NCBI GenBank assembly: GCA_951406725.2
Contig: OX597830.1
Location: 60,388,001-60,452,000 of the forward strand
Direction: 5' to 3'
Origin: Octopus vulgaris
Lineage: Eukaryota
DNA: 64,000 bases
In this document: positions 28,459-41,735 of the stretch, piece after piece
Layout of the letters: each line of letters opens with the position of its first letter
Position numbering within the stretch: position 1 is the stretch's first letter
The notes under the pieces: model-generated
Told to the model about the DNA's origin: nothing
What the model saw: the letters and a program-made list of their open reading frames with translations, nothing else
Databases searched by the model: none
Program-made: the position numbers and the translations under genes

Positions 28459-29501
28459 AGCCAGTAACGGGGCTAATTAGCAGGTACCTTCAGGCGCGAT
28501 CAGTTGCCTGCGCAATCAGACATTCGACTCTGGTCCCTAACGACGTCACCACCACCACCACCACCACCCGACAATCACCCATACCACCACACGCACACAC
28601 ACACCACACCAGCACCGTCGGCACCATCGGCAACACCGGCGCCAACTGCCCCACAGGCTCCGCCGGCACCATCAGCATCTTGCATATTACACCATTGCAT
28701 CATTGCATTCTGCCACCATTCCCAGCAAGAACGCCAACAATATCACCGATAACGCACGCACAACAAACACACACCATCGACTACCACCACCACCACCACC
28801 ACTAACTCCAATACCATCTTACGCTGCCGTCACCGCCACCACACCTTCTCCATAGTCTCCACAGCAGACAAACCAGTCGGCTGTTGCAGCGATCGATAAC
28901 TGTTGCAAACTGGCGGCTGCAACAACAACATCAAAGACTGATTGCGCCGGTGTGCTCGTGCGATGGTGCTGGAGTCGGCGGTGACCGGTTGCATACCAAT
29001 ATATCTATATACGCATACACACGTGTGTGTACATGTGTATGCGTGTGTGTATATATGTATATATATATATGCGTGTGTGTGTATATGTATATATATATGT
29101 GCGTGTGTGTGTACACATAAGCAGATACGTACGTTCTCGCATACTTGCATGCAAACGTTCATACATATATTCATGTTTGCATACATACGTACAAGAAACC
29201 ATACAAACAGCGCGCGCGTGTGTGTGTGTGTGTGTGTGTCTGTGTGTCTGTGTGTCTGTGTGTCTGTGTGTTTGTGTGTGGGGGGTGCGTGTCTACATTC
29301 TTACAACCAAAAATACATAATGTGCATATACATACATGCACAAATACCTCAATACATGCCTACGTACGCACAAACTTACGCATGTACATAATTATACACA
29401 CAATGCATAAGCCACTAGTGTAATGTGGGTGTATATGTTAGAGTATAAGTGTATATCGCCTGGCACCAAAACACACGCATGTATATGTATGTACATGTGT
29501 T

Positions 29502-29596
<95 letters not shown>

Positions 29597-29791
29597 GTAG
29601 ACAGATAGATAGATAGATGGCATAAAGTGAGACAACAGAGAAAGACAGAGATAAAGAGAAAAAGAGAGACGGACAGACCGAGAGAGAAAGAGAGAGATGG
29701 ACAGAGAGAGAGAGAGAGAGATACAGTGAGTGTGAAGAGAAATTTCGATACAGACAGATAGATGGTGAATGAATAGGAAAATAATATAGCG

Positions 29792-29847
<56 letters not shown>

Positions 29848-30023
29848 ATATATCTATCAAGTTCTACTATCCATTTACAGACTTCCTCTCTCTCTCTCTC
29901 ACTCACTCATTCACTCTCTCTCTCTTTCTCACACTGACTCTTGCTTTCTCTCTTCGTCTCATGTTCTATGTACTTATATCGATAGACAGACAGACAGACA
30001 GATAGATAGACAGACAGAAAGAC

Positions 30024-30199
<176 letters not shown>

Positions 30200-31444
30200 C
30201 GATAGGAAAGCCTACAGACATCTTTATACACAGAAGCATACAAACAGGAGTATACATATAGTTACATCCATTCATACACACACAAATACATACACACACA
30301 AACACGCATATGCACACACACAGTCACATTTTCCTATATACACGTATATACAGATTACACATCTACATACATGTATGCATGCTTATACACTTACATATAG
30401 TCGTACAAACATATACTCTTACGTCCATACATTCACGCACATGCACACAAATACATGTATACACATACATACATACATACATACATACATACATACATAC
30501 ATACATACATACATACATACATACATACATACATACATACATACATACATACATACATACATGCATACATACATGCATACAAACATACATGCATACGCAC
30601 ATACAAACATACAAATATACATACATACGTACACACATATTCATTCATGCATACATATGTATATGCATACACACGTGCCTACATTTATAGCACATTCATT
30701 CATACATACATACATACATACAAACAAACAAACATACATACATACATACATACATACGTACATACATACATACATACATACATACATACATACCACACGT
30801 ACATACAGCCATTCATACATAAATACATGCATTCATTCGTACATACATACATACATACATACATACATACATACATACATACATACATACATACATACAT
30901 ACATGCATACGCACATACATACATACAAATAAGGTTATTTGGATTGTGAATTGAGATAGCCAGCGGTCAGGAAGGTGTAAGGGTGGGGTGAGGCAATAGT
31001 TTATAGTGACCAACGTAGATAGACCAAGAGCAGACAAGGAATAGACGACAGACAGACAGGCAGACAAGAGTCAGGCAGACGCTCAGACTGACAGACAGAC
31101 AGGCAGTCACAGAATCTGTTGGTTGGGCGGGACGGGCGGTTATTGAAGACGAGTTATCACATCTTAGCTATGACGTAATTCACCGTTGCATAGATTGACG
31201 GGAGTAGGAGGAGAGTTGGAAAGAGGATTGGGATGAGGGGGGAACGAAGGGGAGGAGGATGATAAATAATGTGTGTGGGTGGAAAAGGGTTGAGAAATAA
31301 GGATGAGAAAGGGGAGGAAAGAGGGATAGATAGAGAAAGAGGAGGAAGAGAGAAAGAGAGAGGTTGCAGATTGGAAAAAGGTTTGAGGGAGGTTTGGGAT
31401 CGAAGAAGAAAAAGGGAGGTAAAAATAGGTAAAACATGTAAATG

Positions 31445-31548
<104 letters not shown>

Positions 31549-32211
31549 AATAATAATGGTAATAATAAAAGGGGAATTGCAGCAACGACAGAGAAAGGGA
31601 AAAGGTAAAGGAGCGCTAGAGGAAATGATATGGGGGAGAGAGGAGGGAGGGAGAGGGGGAGAGAGAGGGGAAGAGAGAGAGGTGAGAGAGATATTGGAGT
31701 AGGAGTATTGAGAGAATGAGATGGGAGGAGAGTATCGAAATGGAAAGGGATTGGATAATGGGAGGAGCAACAGATAAAGAAGGAACATACGTTCACAACA
31801 CACACACACACATAGAGGCACAGACACACACACACACAGTCACATACACACTTATGCACATACACAGACACAGTCACAAACACATATATACACATGAGAA
31901 GGAAAAAAAAGGATACGGGAAACTGAGGGTAAAGGGAGAGGGGAAACGAGAATGGAAATAACCATGATAGGAAGAGAGCAGATAGAGGGAGAGAGAAAGA
32001 TGGAGAATAGGAAGAAATGGGCTAAAAGGCAATATTGGGCTATCGATTACATGAAAGACCTACTATTATGTCGGCCCCAGCTACATGTTGCATCGACCCG
32101 GATTATTTTGGCGAGTAAGCTGCATGTTGATCATAGATGAAGCTATCTAACTGCCACTTGTTACACCCTCCACAGCTCACCTCGGATATGAAACACAGAC
32201 ACGTTTACAAG

Positions 32212-32289
<78 letters not shown>

Positions 32290-32383
32290 CAAACACATAA
32301 ACATGCATGCACAACAGACAGCGGTTTGCGCGCCTGCGTGTGTGGAATATATTCACGAATTTACAGATATTTATGTATATGTG

Positions 32384-32431
<48 letters not shown>

Positions 32432-32597
32432 CACACACGGAAAGGTATGAATTCATAGACACATGTATGTAGACAAGTCTACACATATATACGCACCTAC
32501 ACACATACATATATAAATAAATACATACCAATACATATGCATATATATATATATACATACATATATACACGCGCAAATTAAGTAAGTGGGTATGTAT

Positions 32598-32643
<46 letters not shown>

Positions 32644-33060
32644 ATATATATACACCTCAACTTAGACAGATAGATAGATAGATCGATAGATAGATAGATA
32701 CTTATTCATATAAACATACACTCACACACACACATACACACACACACATTTACTCGTGTGTGTATAAATGAAGACAAAGACCAATATGTGTATACATGCA
32801 TGCGGGGGTGTATAAACAGCGCGTACCAGTTGGTGGTATGATTAAGTACTTGAATATGTCATGAACAAGCTGCGTATTAAAAATAAATTTTAAAGAAAAT
32901 AACTGTTTACAACGCCTACACTGACGAAAGTAAACAACTGCAAATATATCTTCTTAACCTTGCTAATCTTTTAGCTCGGAGAAAAATAAGGAGATTATCC
33001 TAATACGTTTTGCAACTCATTGGCGACTCTTCAGAGAACAAGTGCCCCCGAATATATACA

Positions 33061-33141
<81 letters not shown>

Positions 33142-33144
<3 letters not shown>

Positions 33145-33461
33145 ACATTAGGGAGTATAACTCCAAACTTACAGGGAAAAATTCAATTTAGTATTAAATC
33201 AAATTTCACAATACAAATATACAACGTATATAAATTAGAGAAACACCACTATTATGTAATTGAAACAATGATAGACATAAATCAAATCATAAAGAAAAAA
33301 TTAAATATATTACAAAACATATAACTAGATCACAAAAAGTACAAAAATGAATAAACAATATATAATAAGTAATAAGTAATAAATAATAATATATTTTATT
33401 TTTTTCTTTATGATTTGGTTATGTCTATCATTGTTTGAATTACATAATAGTGGTTTTTCTA
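33142..33461. repeat. (TA)n-flanked AT-rich element with ~75-bp inverted arms (possible Penelope-like terminal remnant)
   Basis: 33236-33312 is reverse-complementary to ~33387-33461; the 5' part tagggagtataactccaaacttacaggg also occurs reversed at ~4045-4078. Confidence 0.65.
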
Positions 33462-33462
33462 T

Positions 33463-33581
<119 letters not shown>

Positions 33582-33815
33582 ATACACATACGTAAATGTC
33601 GGGCGATGAAAATGAGAGCTTAACACTGCATTCGTGAATATAATTTCTTCATTTGCGAATTAAGGCTACCATTGGTTTCATGTTAGAAAAGTTTGAGAAT
33701 GTCCTAGCGTCTTAAGAATTTTTCAAACCGATCACATGAAAAAAGGTGTTTGCCTCCATTTTGGAAAACAGTCTTGTTTAAAAAAAGTCTGAAATCATTG
33801 ATCCAGGAGTTAGAG

Positions 33816-34046
33816 GGTAAATGTTTTTATTTTTCATTCCCTTCGAAATTTTATCCCTAATAGTGGTTTGGAATTTAACTGTCCTCTCTAGTGTGCAAGG
33901 AATCCTATGAGGGATGCTTCTTATGTGTTTTAATGTACATTGTATTTATATGAATAATATATAGTCTATTGACTCGATGTTTTACACACTAGGCCACCGG
34001 TAATGGAAATTTCAAATATTTTTGATTACCCTTTGATAATATTAAT
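33816..34046 (+). repeat. Second copy of the unclassified ~210-bp repeat
   Basis: Matches 13004-13212 with an ~20-nt insertion. Confidence 0.85.
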
Positions 34047-34268
34047 TGTATATATATATAGGCATATGAAAAACAGGAAAAAAACAACAAAAGTCAGTGA
34101 ATATATTGGATTGATGCTCAGTGAGAGTTTTAGATGGAAAAATAGGAATGGAAATAACGTTTTGATTATGGTTCTTTGTCTGAAAGAGGGAAAGTTCCTG
34201 AGAGGAGTAAAATGAGGAAGGAACAGATAGGCCAAGAAACGCACGTGCTTTCTATTTACATATACATG

Positions 34269-34348
<80 letters not shown>

Positions 34349-34629
34349 ATGTAGCAATCTTTCCTGAGCGGGTTGTTTTTGCTAGTCTTAAATCCTTAGA
34401 AATGTTTTTGCCCGAAGGCTGCGGCCAAGCTGGGGCACCACCGCTGTCTGTTCAATGTATTCATTTTTAAGTAAGCGATATCATTTTCGAATTATTTCGA
34501 TATCATATTTCAAGCAAATTGGCTTCAAAATTCGGTGGCGGCACAAGGGTTTTTACTAGGAATCACCCGTTTCATTGAACATAGCCATCTTCCGTAAGAC
34601 CTAACTCTGAGCCCTCCCTCACCCCGCTA

Positions 34630-34803
34630 AATCGATTACATCGACCCCAGTTTTCAACTGGTAATTATTTTATCAACCTGGAAGGGATAAAAACCATAGT
34701 CGACCTCGACGGAATTTGAACTCAGTAACGTAAAGACGGACGGAATGCCGCTAACTATTTTATCCGGCGTCGGCGTGCTAACGATTCCTCAAGTTCACCG
34801 CCT
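34630..34803 (-). mobile_element. SINE family B, diverged
   Basis: tcgattacatcgacccca...gtcgacctcg.cggaatttgaactcag. Confidence 0.8.
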
Positions 34804-35001
34804 TCTATTTGAAATATATTGATGAAATTATTGACAGGGAGCAATCCCCGGAATATATTCTGTAACTTCTGTTCAAGCAGATCTCCTGTACTTTAAATAG
34901 GTTTCACGAAAGAGGTTCAAAGAAACCAAGTGATGCGTCACATCAGCAATTGTTTTGCAGATTCGCTCTCTCCTCTTACAAGTCATCTTGTTTATAAAAC
35001 A

Positions 35002-35360
35002 GTGGCTGCGTGGTAAGAAGCTTGCTTCCCAATCACAAGGTGCCTGGTTCAGACCCATTGTGTGGCAAGTGTTTTCTATTATAGCCTCCGGCCGACAAAA
35101 ACCTTGTGAATGAATTTAGTAGACGGAAACCGAAAGAAGCCCATCGTATGTGTGTGTCTTTGGGTCTGTGTTTGTACTCCGCCACCGCTTGACAACCAGT
35201 GTTGGTGTATTTAAGACCTCGTAACTTAGCGGTTCGCATAAAGATCGATAGAATAAGAACCAGATTTAAAATGAAGTACTGGAGTTGATTTATTCGACTG
35301 AAAATTCCTCAAAGGTGTTTCCCAGTATGGCCGTAGTCCAATGATTGAGAAAGTAGAAGA
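35002..35360 (+). mobile_element. SINE family A, diverged
   Basis: gtggctgcgtggtaagaagcttgc head plus body and tail motifs. Confidence 0.8.
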
Positions 35361-35768
35361 TTTTTCTCATGACAAAAGCTAACTAAACGAGAAGATAAAC
35401 TTCCACTTAGCCCATTCTACATTCCGGTTTCGATTCCAGGTTGAACTAATTAATTACACATACATCCTGCTGATCATTCTCTTAAAACTGTAACGCACAG
35501 CAAAAGTGAAAATTAACGATAACTGCTCTTCTTCTTCTGCTCTTCTCCTTTTTCTTCTCTACCTTTACTTTCTTTTCTTTCTCCTTCTTCATCTCCTCTT
35601 CCTCCTCCTCCTTCCCATCTCCTCGTTTCATACCCTCTCATCTGAAATCAACAGGTCAAGCCTGGCATTGATGTATAGAACTGGTTACGAAAAGTCAAGC
35701 AGGAAACAGACATTTGATCTTTATTTCAATTCAATCTTTTGTCTTTCTCTTTGTCTCTCTTTCTCTCC

Positions 35769-35817
<49 letters not shown>

Positions 35818-36083
35818 TACATATACATACATTCACACACACACACACACACATACATATATATATACACACACACACATATATATATATATGTATATAT
35901 AATATACACACACATACACACACTCTCTCGCAGACACAAAGCGAGAGAGAGAGAGAGAGAGCAGTAAGATTGTGTGTGGTTGTGTGGGTGCGCGCGCATG
36001 TCTTTTTGAAAAAATCATATATATTTTTATCTCCTAAAAGACAAACACAACTGTCAGATGTTTGTACTCTTGATGAGGTTCTG

Positions 36084-36115
<32 letters not shown>

Positions 36116-36692
36116 CCGTGTGTGTGTGTGTGTGTCCGTGTGTGTGTCTCTCTCTCTCTCTCTCTCTGTGTGTGGGAGAGGAACGAAGACGTGACTGAGA
36201 GAGCACGAGAGAGTGGGGTGAGTGTCTAACAATATAAAGGTGTCGTCTGCGATAGATTACAGACTTTTACGTCGTTGAAACGTTTTAAGTTTATGAGAAA
36301 CCGTATTTGGATAGGGGGACATTCATGCCGTTCTTCAAGACAATATAAGGGTGGAAGTGAAATGAAATGGTTAAATCTGGGAATTTCTGTCACAGCCATG
36401 AATGATGCTGTTGCCAAAAATGGCGATTTTTAAGCCATTGCACAAACAGGAAATCAATATGATCGTCTTACTAGACAAAATTCTTATCTAAAGTTAAATT
36501 CTTGCCGAGAATTCTTCAGATCGATCGAAAGATGTCAGTTTATCTACAAGTTTAGTAAGACATGTAATGGAAATGTAAAACTAGCAACTTAGTTTGAACT
36601 TTTGCTGCCATAATTGTTGTTTTCACTTTTGTTGTTTGTGGCAGCGCTATTGTTGCAATTTTTGTTGTTGCTGTTGTTGTTGTTGCTGCAGC

Positions 36693-36724
<32 letters not shown>

Positions 36725-37039
36725 ATGATGCTGTTGGCCATGTTGTTTACTGGTCATTCGATAGAATTCAGTCTCGGTAACTACAGACATTTTGCCTACA
36801 CATCAGCAGGATTCGTTCAGTTTTCGCCTCAAATAATGAGCCTTTATTTATTTATTTCTATTTCTATTTCTCTCTCCCTCCCTCCCTCCCCTCTCTCTCT
36901 CTCTGTTTATCCGATTTTATCTGCTCTGCTCTTCTTAAGGTGTGACGGAACGAGACCAGCCTCACCCTCACATTCACCACCACCACCACCACCACCTGTA
37001 TATTAACGAGTTTGTTTTATTAAATTTAACTCAAATATA

Positions 37040-37440
37040 GGCGCATGAGTGGCTGTGTGGTAAGTAGCTTGCCTACCAACCACATGGTTCCGGGTTCAGT
37101 CCCACTGCGTGGCACCTTGGGCAAGTGTCTTCTACTATAGCCTCGGGCCGACCAATGCCTTGTGAGTGGATTTGGTAGACGGAAACTGAAAGAAGCCTGT
37201 CGGATATATGTATATATATGTATGTGTGTGTATGTTTGTGTGTCTGTGTTTGTCCCCCTAGCATTGCTTGACAACCGATGCTGGTGTGTTTATGTCCCCG
37301 TCACTTAGCGGTTCGGCAAAAAGAGACCGATAGAATAAGTAACTGGGCTTACAAAGAATAAGTCCCGGGGTCGAGTTGCTCGACTAAAGGCGGTGCTCCA
37401 GCATGGCCGCAGTCAAAATGACTGAAACAAGTAAAAAAAG
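37040..37440 (+). mobile_element. Full-length SINE family A
   Basis: Complete match to the other A copies. Confidence 0.92.
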
Positions 37441-37715
37441 AAGAAAAAAAAAAGGAAATCGGTAGAGCGCCCGTTCTTAATAAAGTGTCTTGTGCTACTT
37501 ACGTGAACCCTTTATGTGCTTGGTTCAAATCTCAGCGAGATCGACTTTCGTTTTGAAACCCCGCTCCCGGAACCCTTCAAATAAATACAGGTTTTCACCT
37601 GCAATCACCCGTTTCATTGACCATAGCCATCTTCCGTAACACCTAACTCTGGGCCAACGTCAAAAATGAGTATTATCATTGTTGTTGTTGTCACTGCTAC
37701 AGCTGATGTTGCTGC

Positions 37716-37716
<1 letters not shown>

Positions 37717-37793
<77 letters not shown>

Positions 37794-37811
37794 TACTACT
37801 ACTACTACTAA

Positions 37812-37868
<57 letters not shown>

Positions 37869-37874
37869 TACTAC

Positions 37875-37934
<60 letters not shown>

Positions 37935-37949
37935 TACTACTACTACTAA

Positions 37950-38012
<63 letters not shown>

Positions 38013-38045
38013 TACTACTACTACTACTAATATTATTATTATTAC

Positions 38046-38093
<48 letters not shown>

Positions 38094-38108
38094 TACTACT
38101 ACTACTAA

Positions 38109-38168
<60 letters not shown>

Positions 38169-38246
38169 TACTACTACTAATATTATTATTATTATTATTA
38201 TTATTATTACTACTACTACTAATATTATTATTATTATTATTATTAC

Positions 38247-38291
<45 letters not shown>

Positions 38292-38303
38292 TACTACTAC
38301 TAA

Positions 38304-38343
<40 letters not shown>
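37717..38343. repeat. Compound (ATT)n/(ACT)n microsatellite with higher-order blocks
   Basis: Repeating blocks (ATT)x(ACT)yAAT; source of the poly-I and poly-L ORFs. Confidence 0.95.
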
Positions 38344-38898
38344 GAGTGAGAGAGCAGTTCATGCCATCAAAGTGACACTGGGGTAAAATATACGAAGCCC
38401 AATATACCCATCATGACTACTCGTCTGATAAGGGTACACCAGGCACATGCATCACAACCATATGTGCGCGACATGGTGATCTCATATCAAGATAAACAGC
38501 ACATGACCTTGCAGGTGGGGCCCAGTTAGAATTTTCTTCAGGTTGAGTAGCCCATCCTGCTCAAAAGGTCCCTGATTAAGGGTTGTTTAAGAATGTTGAA
38601 AGAACCACCCATGTTTCCAAAGGTGAATTATTCAAACCCCAAAGAATCCCTCTCAACACATGGCTATGATGCTCCCCCACTACTTCTGCTCGTGATCAGA
38701 GATGCACATATCGTCAGCCACTAAGGGACATGGTCAACTGGTTAAGGTCAAACCACTGACAAGCAAATCTGTGGTATTGAGCAGAATATTTGCTGTAGCC
38801 CATCTTTTATACCAAGACAAAACAATGTACATGATAACACTTCCAATCAGTTAAGATCAGAAGCCATGAGAGCCACTGCCTGGTACTGCATCAGGGCA
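38344..38898 (-). mobile_element. ~555-bp non-coding retroposon inserted in (TAA)n, with a degenerate 5S rRNA-like head (candidate SINE3)
   Basis: Near-identical to 39016-39548; both flanks are TAA repeats; no ORF or TIR; 38897-38780 is collinear with 5S rRNA motifs by eye. Confidence 0.75.
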
Positions 38899-38948
38899 AT
38901 TATTATTATTATTATTATTATTATTATCATTATTACTACTACTACTAC

Positions 38949-39015
<67 letters not shown>

Positions 39016-39548
39016 GAGTGAGTGAGCAGAGCATGCCATCAAAGTGACACTGGGATAAAATATACGAAGCCCAATATACCCATCATGACTACCCGTCTGA
39101 TAAGGGTACACTAGGCACATGCATCACAACCATATGTGCGCGACATGGTGATCTCATATCAAGATAAACAGCACATGACCTTGCAGGTGGGGCCCAGTTA
39201 GAATTTTGTTCTGGTTGAGTAACCCATCCCGCTCAAACGGTCCCTGAATAAGGGTTGTTTAAGGATGTTGAAAAAACCACCCATGTTTCCAAAGGTGAAT
39301 TATTCAAACCCCAAAGAATCCCTCTCAACACATGGCTATGATGCTCCCCCACTACTTCTGCTCGTGATCAGAGATGCACATATCGTCAGCCACTAAGGGA
39401 CATGCTCAACTGGTTATGGTCAAACAACTGACAAGCAAATCTGTGGTATTGAGCAGAATATTTGCTGTAGACCATCTTTTATACCAAGACAAAACATGTA
39501 CATGATAACACTTCCAATCAGTTAAGATCAGAAGCCATGAGAGCCACT
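39016..39548 (-). mobile_element. Second copy of the same element, lacking ~22 nt at the 5' end
   Basis: Direct repeat of 38344-38876 with scattered substitutions; TAA flanks. Confidence 0.75.
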
Positions 39549-39605
39549 ATTATTATTATTATTATTATTGTTATTATTGTTATTACTATTATTATTATTA
39601 TTATT

Positions 39606-39690
39606 CTATGTTTGACTTTTGCTTTATGTTTGTACAAGTTGACTCCAAGTCTCACCCAGAGACCTCAGGAGACAACAGGTTGGAAGTCTC
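39606..39690 (-). mobile_element. 3' UTR stub of an R4/Dong-like LINE in (TAA)n
   Basis: Minus strand cctgaggtctctgggtgagacttggag...ttgtacaaacata.....aaaagtcaaa resembles the tail of the LINE at 2135-2195. Confidence 0.65.
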
Positions 39691-39782
<92 letters not shown>

Positions 39783-39829
39783 GTCGTCGTCGTCGTCGTC
39801 GTTGCTGTTGTTGTTGTCGTTGAAGATGT

Positions 39830-40160
39830 CGTACAGTATCCAATATTGTGATGTTGTAGATTGGAAAATAGTGTGTGTCCCGGGGACTTGAGTTGTCTTA
39901 TCAAGTCACAAGGGCTTCACACAGACTACTTTACGCAGTGTACCTGCAGTTCCAAGTAAAGCCGAATGTTGCAAATACACCAAGGTTGTAGAGTATTTCT
40001 AAAATATCCAGATGGTTCTTCAAGTTGTGTGGTTTTGAACCAAATGCCCCGATGATTATCATTGGTATGGTTTGGTCTGTAGCAGCACCATCCCAGGTAG
40101 GGAAGCAGTAATCCATTGTGGACCTTACCGGAGCTTTGTAGAGGATCAGTAATTTGTGAG
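39830..40160 (-). mobile_element. Decayed 3' end of another R4/Dong-like RLE LINE
   Basis: IPMIIIGAFGSKPHNLKNHLDILEI then, after a frameshift, LQHSALLGTAGTLRKVV; typical R4 C-terminus. Confidence 0.75.
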
Positions 40161-40233
40161 ATGAAATTATTTTCTGGCCCTGAAGAGAAGAGACAAACTT
40201 TCAGAAGTAGTACTATGTTAAACAATTGTCTGT

Positions 40234-40540
40234 GGAGGCACATGGCTTAGTGGTTAGAGCAGCGGACTCGCGGTCGAGGGATCGCCGGTTCGAATCTCAG
40301 ACCGGGTGATGTGTCTGTTTATGAGCGAAACACCTAAGCTCCACGCGGCTCTGGAAGAAGGTAATGGCGAATTTCTGCTGACTCTTTCGCCACAACTTTC
40401 TCTCACCCTTTCCTCCTGCATCTTGCAGCTCACCTGCGACGGACCGGCGTCCCATCCAGGTGAGGAACCTATACGCCAAGAAACCGGGAAACCGGCTCTT
40501 ATGAGCCAGAAATGGCTCGAGAAGGAACAAAAAAAAAAGA
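40234..40540 (+). mobile_element. Full-length SINE family C with 12-bp TSD
   Basis: A-box TGGCTTAGTGG, B-box GGTTCGAATC; TSD aaacaattgtct at 40220-40231 and 40541-40552. Confidence 0.92.
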
Positions 40541-40977
40541 AAACAATTGTCTTCGCCAGCAGAGACCATCAACGATGATGAGAAAAAGTATTTGCAGGGT
40601 GCTGGTTGCATTCTAGTTGCCATCATATGATTAGGGAGGATGGAGTGTTTTGATATTTTCTTCACATATGCAATGATTCCGCGTTTTTTGACAAGATTGA
40701 CAAGGTTGGCACAACCTTAGTTGAGGATGTCTTCGAGCTACGAGTTCATAAGGCCAGTGAAAGTTTGGCATGAGGTGGCTATGAGATTGACGGTTGGCTG
40801 TGAAAGGTTAGCGAGGGGGATGAAGAATGGCATACTCTGCATAAGAGTGGATGTTGGTAGAATGTGGAGTATGGAGGGTAAAACTGAACCCTACATACAT
40901 TAGAATTTTTAGAAACCGTGTACAAGAAACAATACATTAATAGACTCAATGCTTTCCATTATTTATGCGCGTGAAGA

Positions 40978-41188
40978 CGGCGAGCAGACAGAATTGCTAT
41001 CGTGCCGGACGGATGCTTAGCGGCGTTTCTTCCGGCATTACTTTCCGTGTTCAAGTGCCACCGAGATCGACTTTATTTTTTCATCTTTTAGGGCTCGATA
41101 GAATATGCACCAGTTGAGCACTGGGATTCAGTGTAATCGACAACCCGCCCCTTAGAATTTCCCTCCTTGTGTCTAAAGTAGAAAGGAT
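40978..41188 (+). mobile_element. SINE family B, old
   Basis: Degenerate head and body. Confidence 0.7.
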
Positions 41189-41202
41189 TGTTTAGTTACG
41201 TG

Positions 41203-41262
41203 TCTTTCTACCAAAGTAGCTTTCTTTCTACCAAAGTAGCTTTCTTTCTACCAAAGTAGCTT
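41203..41262. repeat. 3 x 20-bp tandem repeat tctttctaccaaagtagctt
   Basis: Three perfect units. Confidence 0.95.
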
Positions 41263-41589
41263 TAAAGCGGCTTCGCCTTCCAATATGACATCGTCGATAA
41301 GATGAATACCAAAGAAAGTATAAAGGTAGATTCATATAATTCCTTTTCCTAGCCAATATATGGCTTTGTGGTCAATCTAAGAAATCTTCATTGTTGGAAG
41401 TAGATCTAAGTCGATTATTGTGATTGAGGTTGGCCGGTGTACTATGAACATATTTTACGACACAGATATTAAAAGAAATGCATCTGGCTTTATAAGGTGA
41501 GCAAGTGAAACGAGTGTACTGAGTATATGCCTTTAATATTCTTTCCACTGAAGCTCAAGGCTTGAAAGTTTTTGTAGTCGAGGGTGCTA

Positions 41590-41735
41590 AACCAATTACA
41601 TCGACCCCAGTACTCAAATGGTACTTATTTTATAGACCCTGAAAGGATGAAAGGTAAAGTTGACCTTGGCGGACTTTGACCTCAGGACGTAAAGCCGGGC
41701 GAAATGCTGCTGAGCATTTTGTGGATGTGCTCACC
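41590..41735 (-). mobile_element. SINE family B, diverged
   Basis: attacatcgaccccag...gaaaggatgaaaggtaaagttgacc. Confidence 0.8.

Noticed and set aside
37666-38386. Poly-Ile and poly-Leu ORFs
   Set aside because: Artefact of (ATT/ACT)n.
38780-38897. Functional 5S rRNA gene
   Set aside because: Too degenerate, no oligo-T terminator, and embedded in a longer repeated element.
41203-41262. CRISPR-like repeats
   Set aside because: Contiguous tandem units without spacers, in a eukaryotic context.
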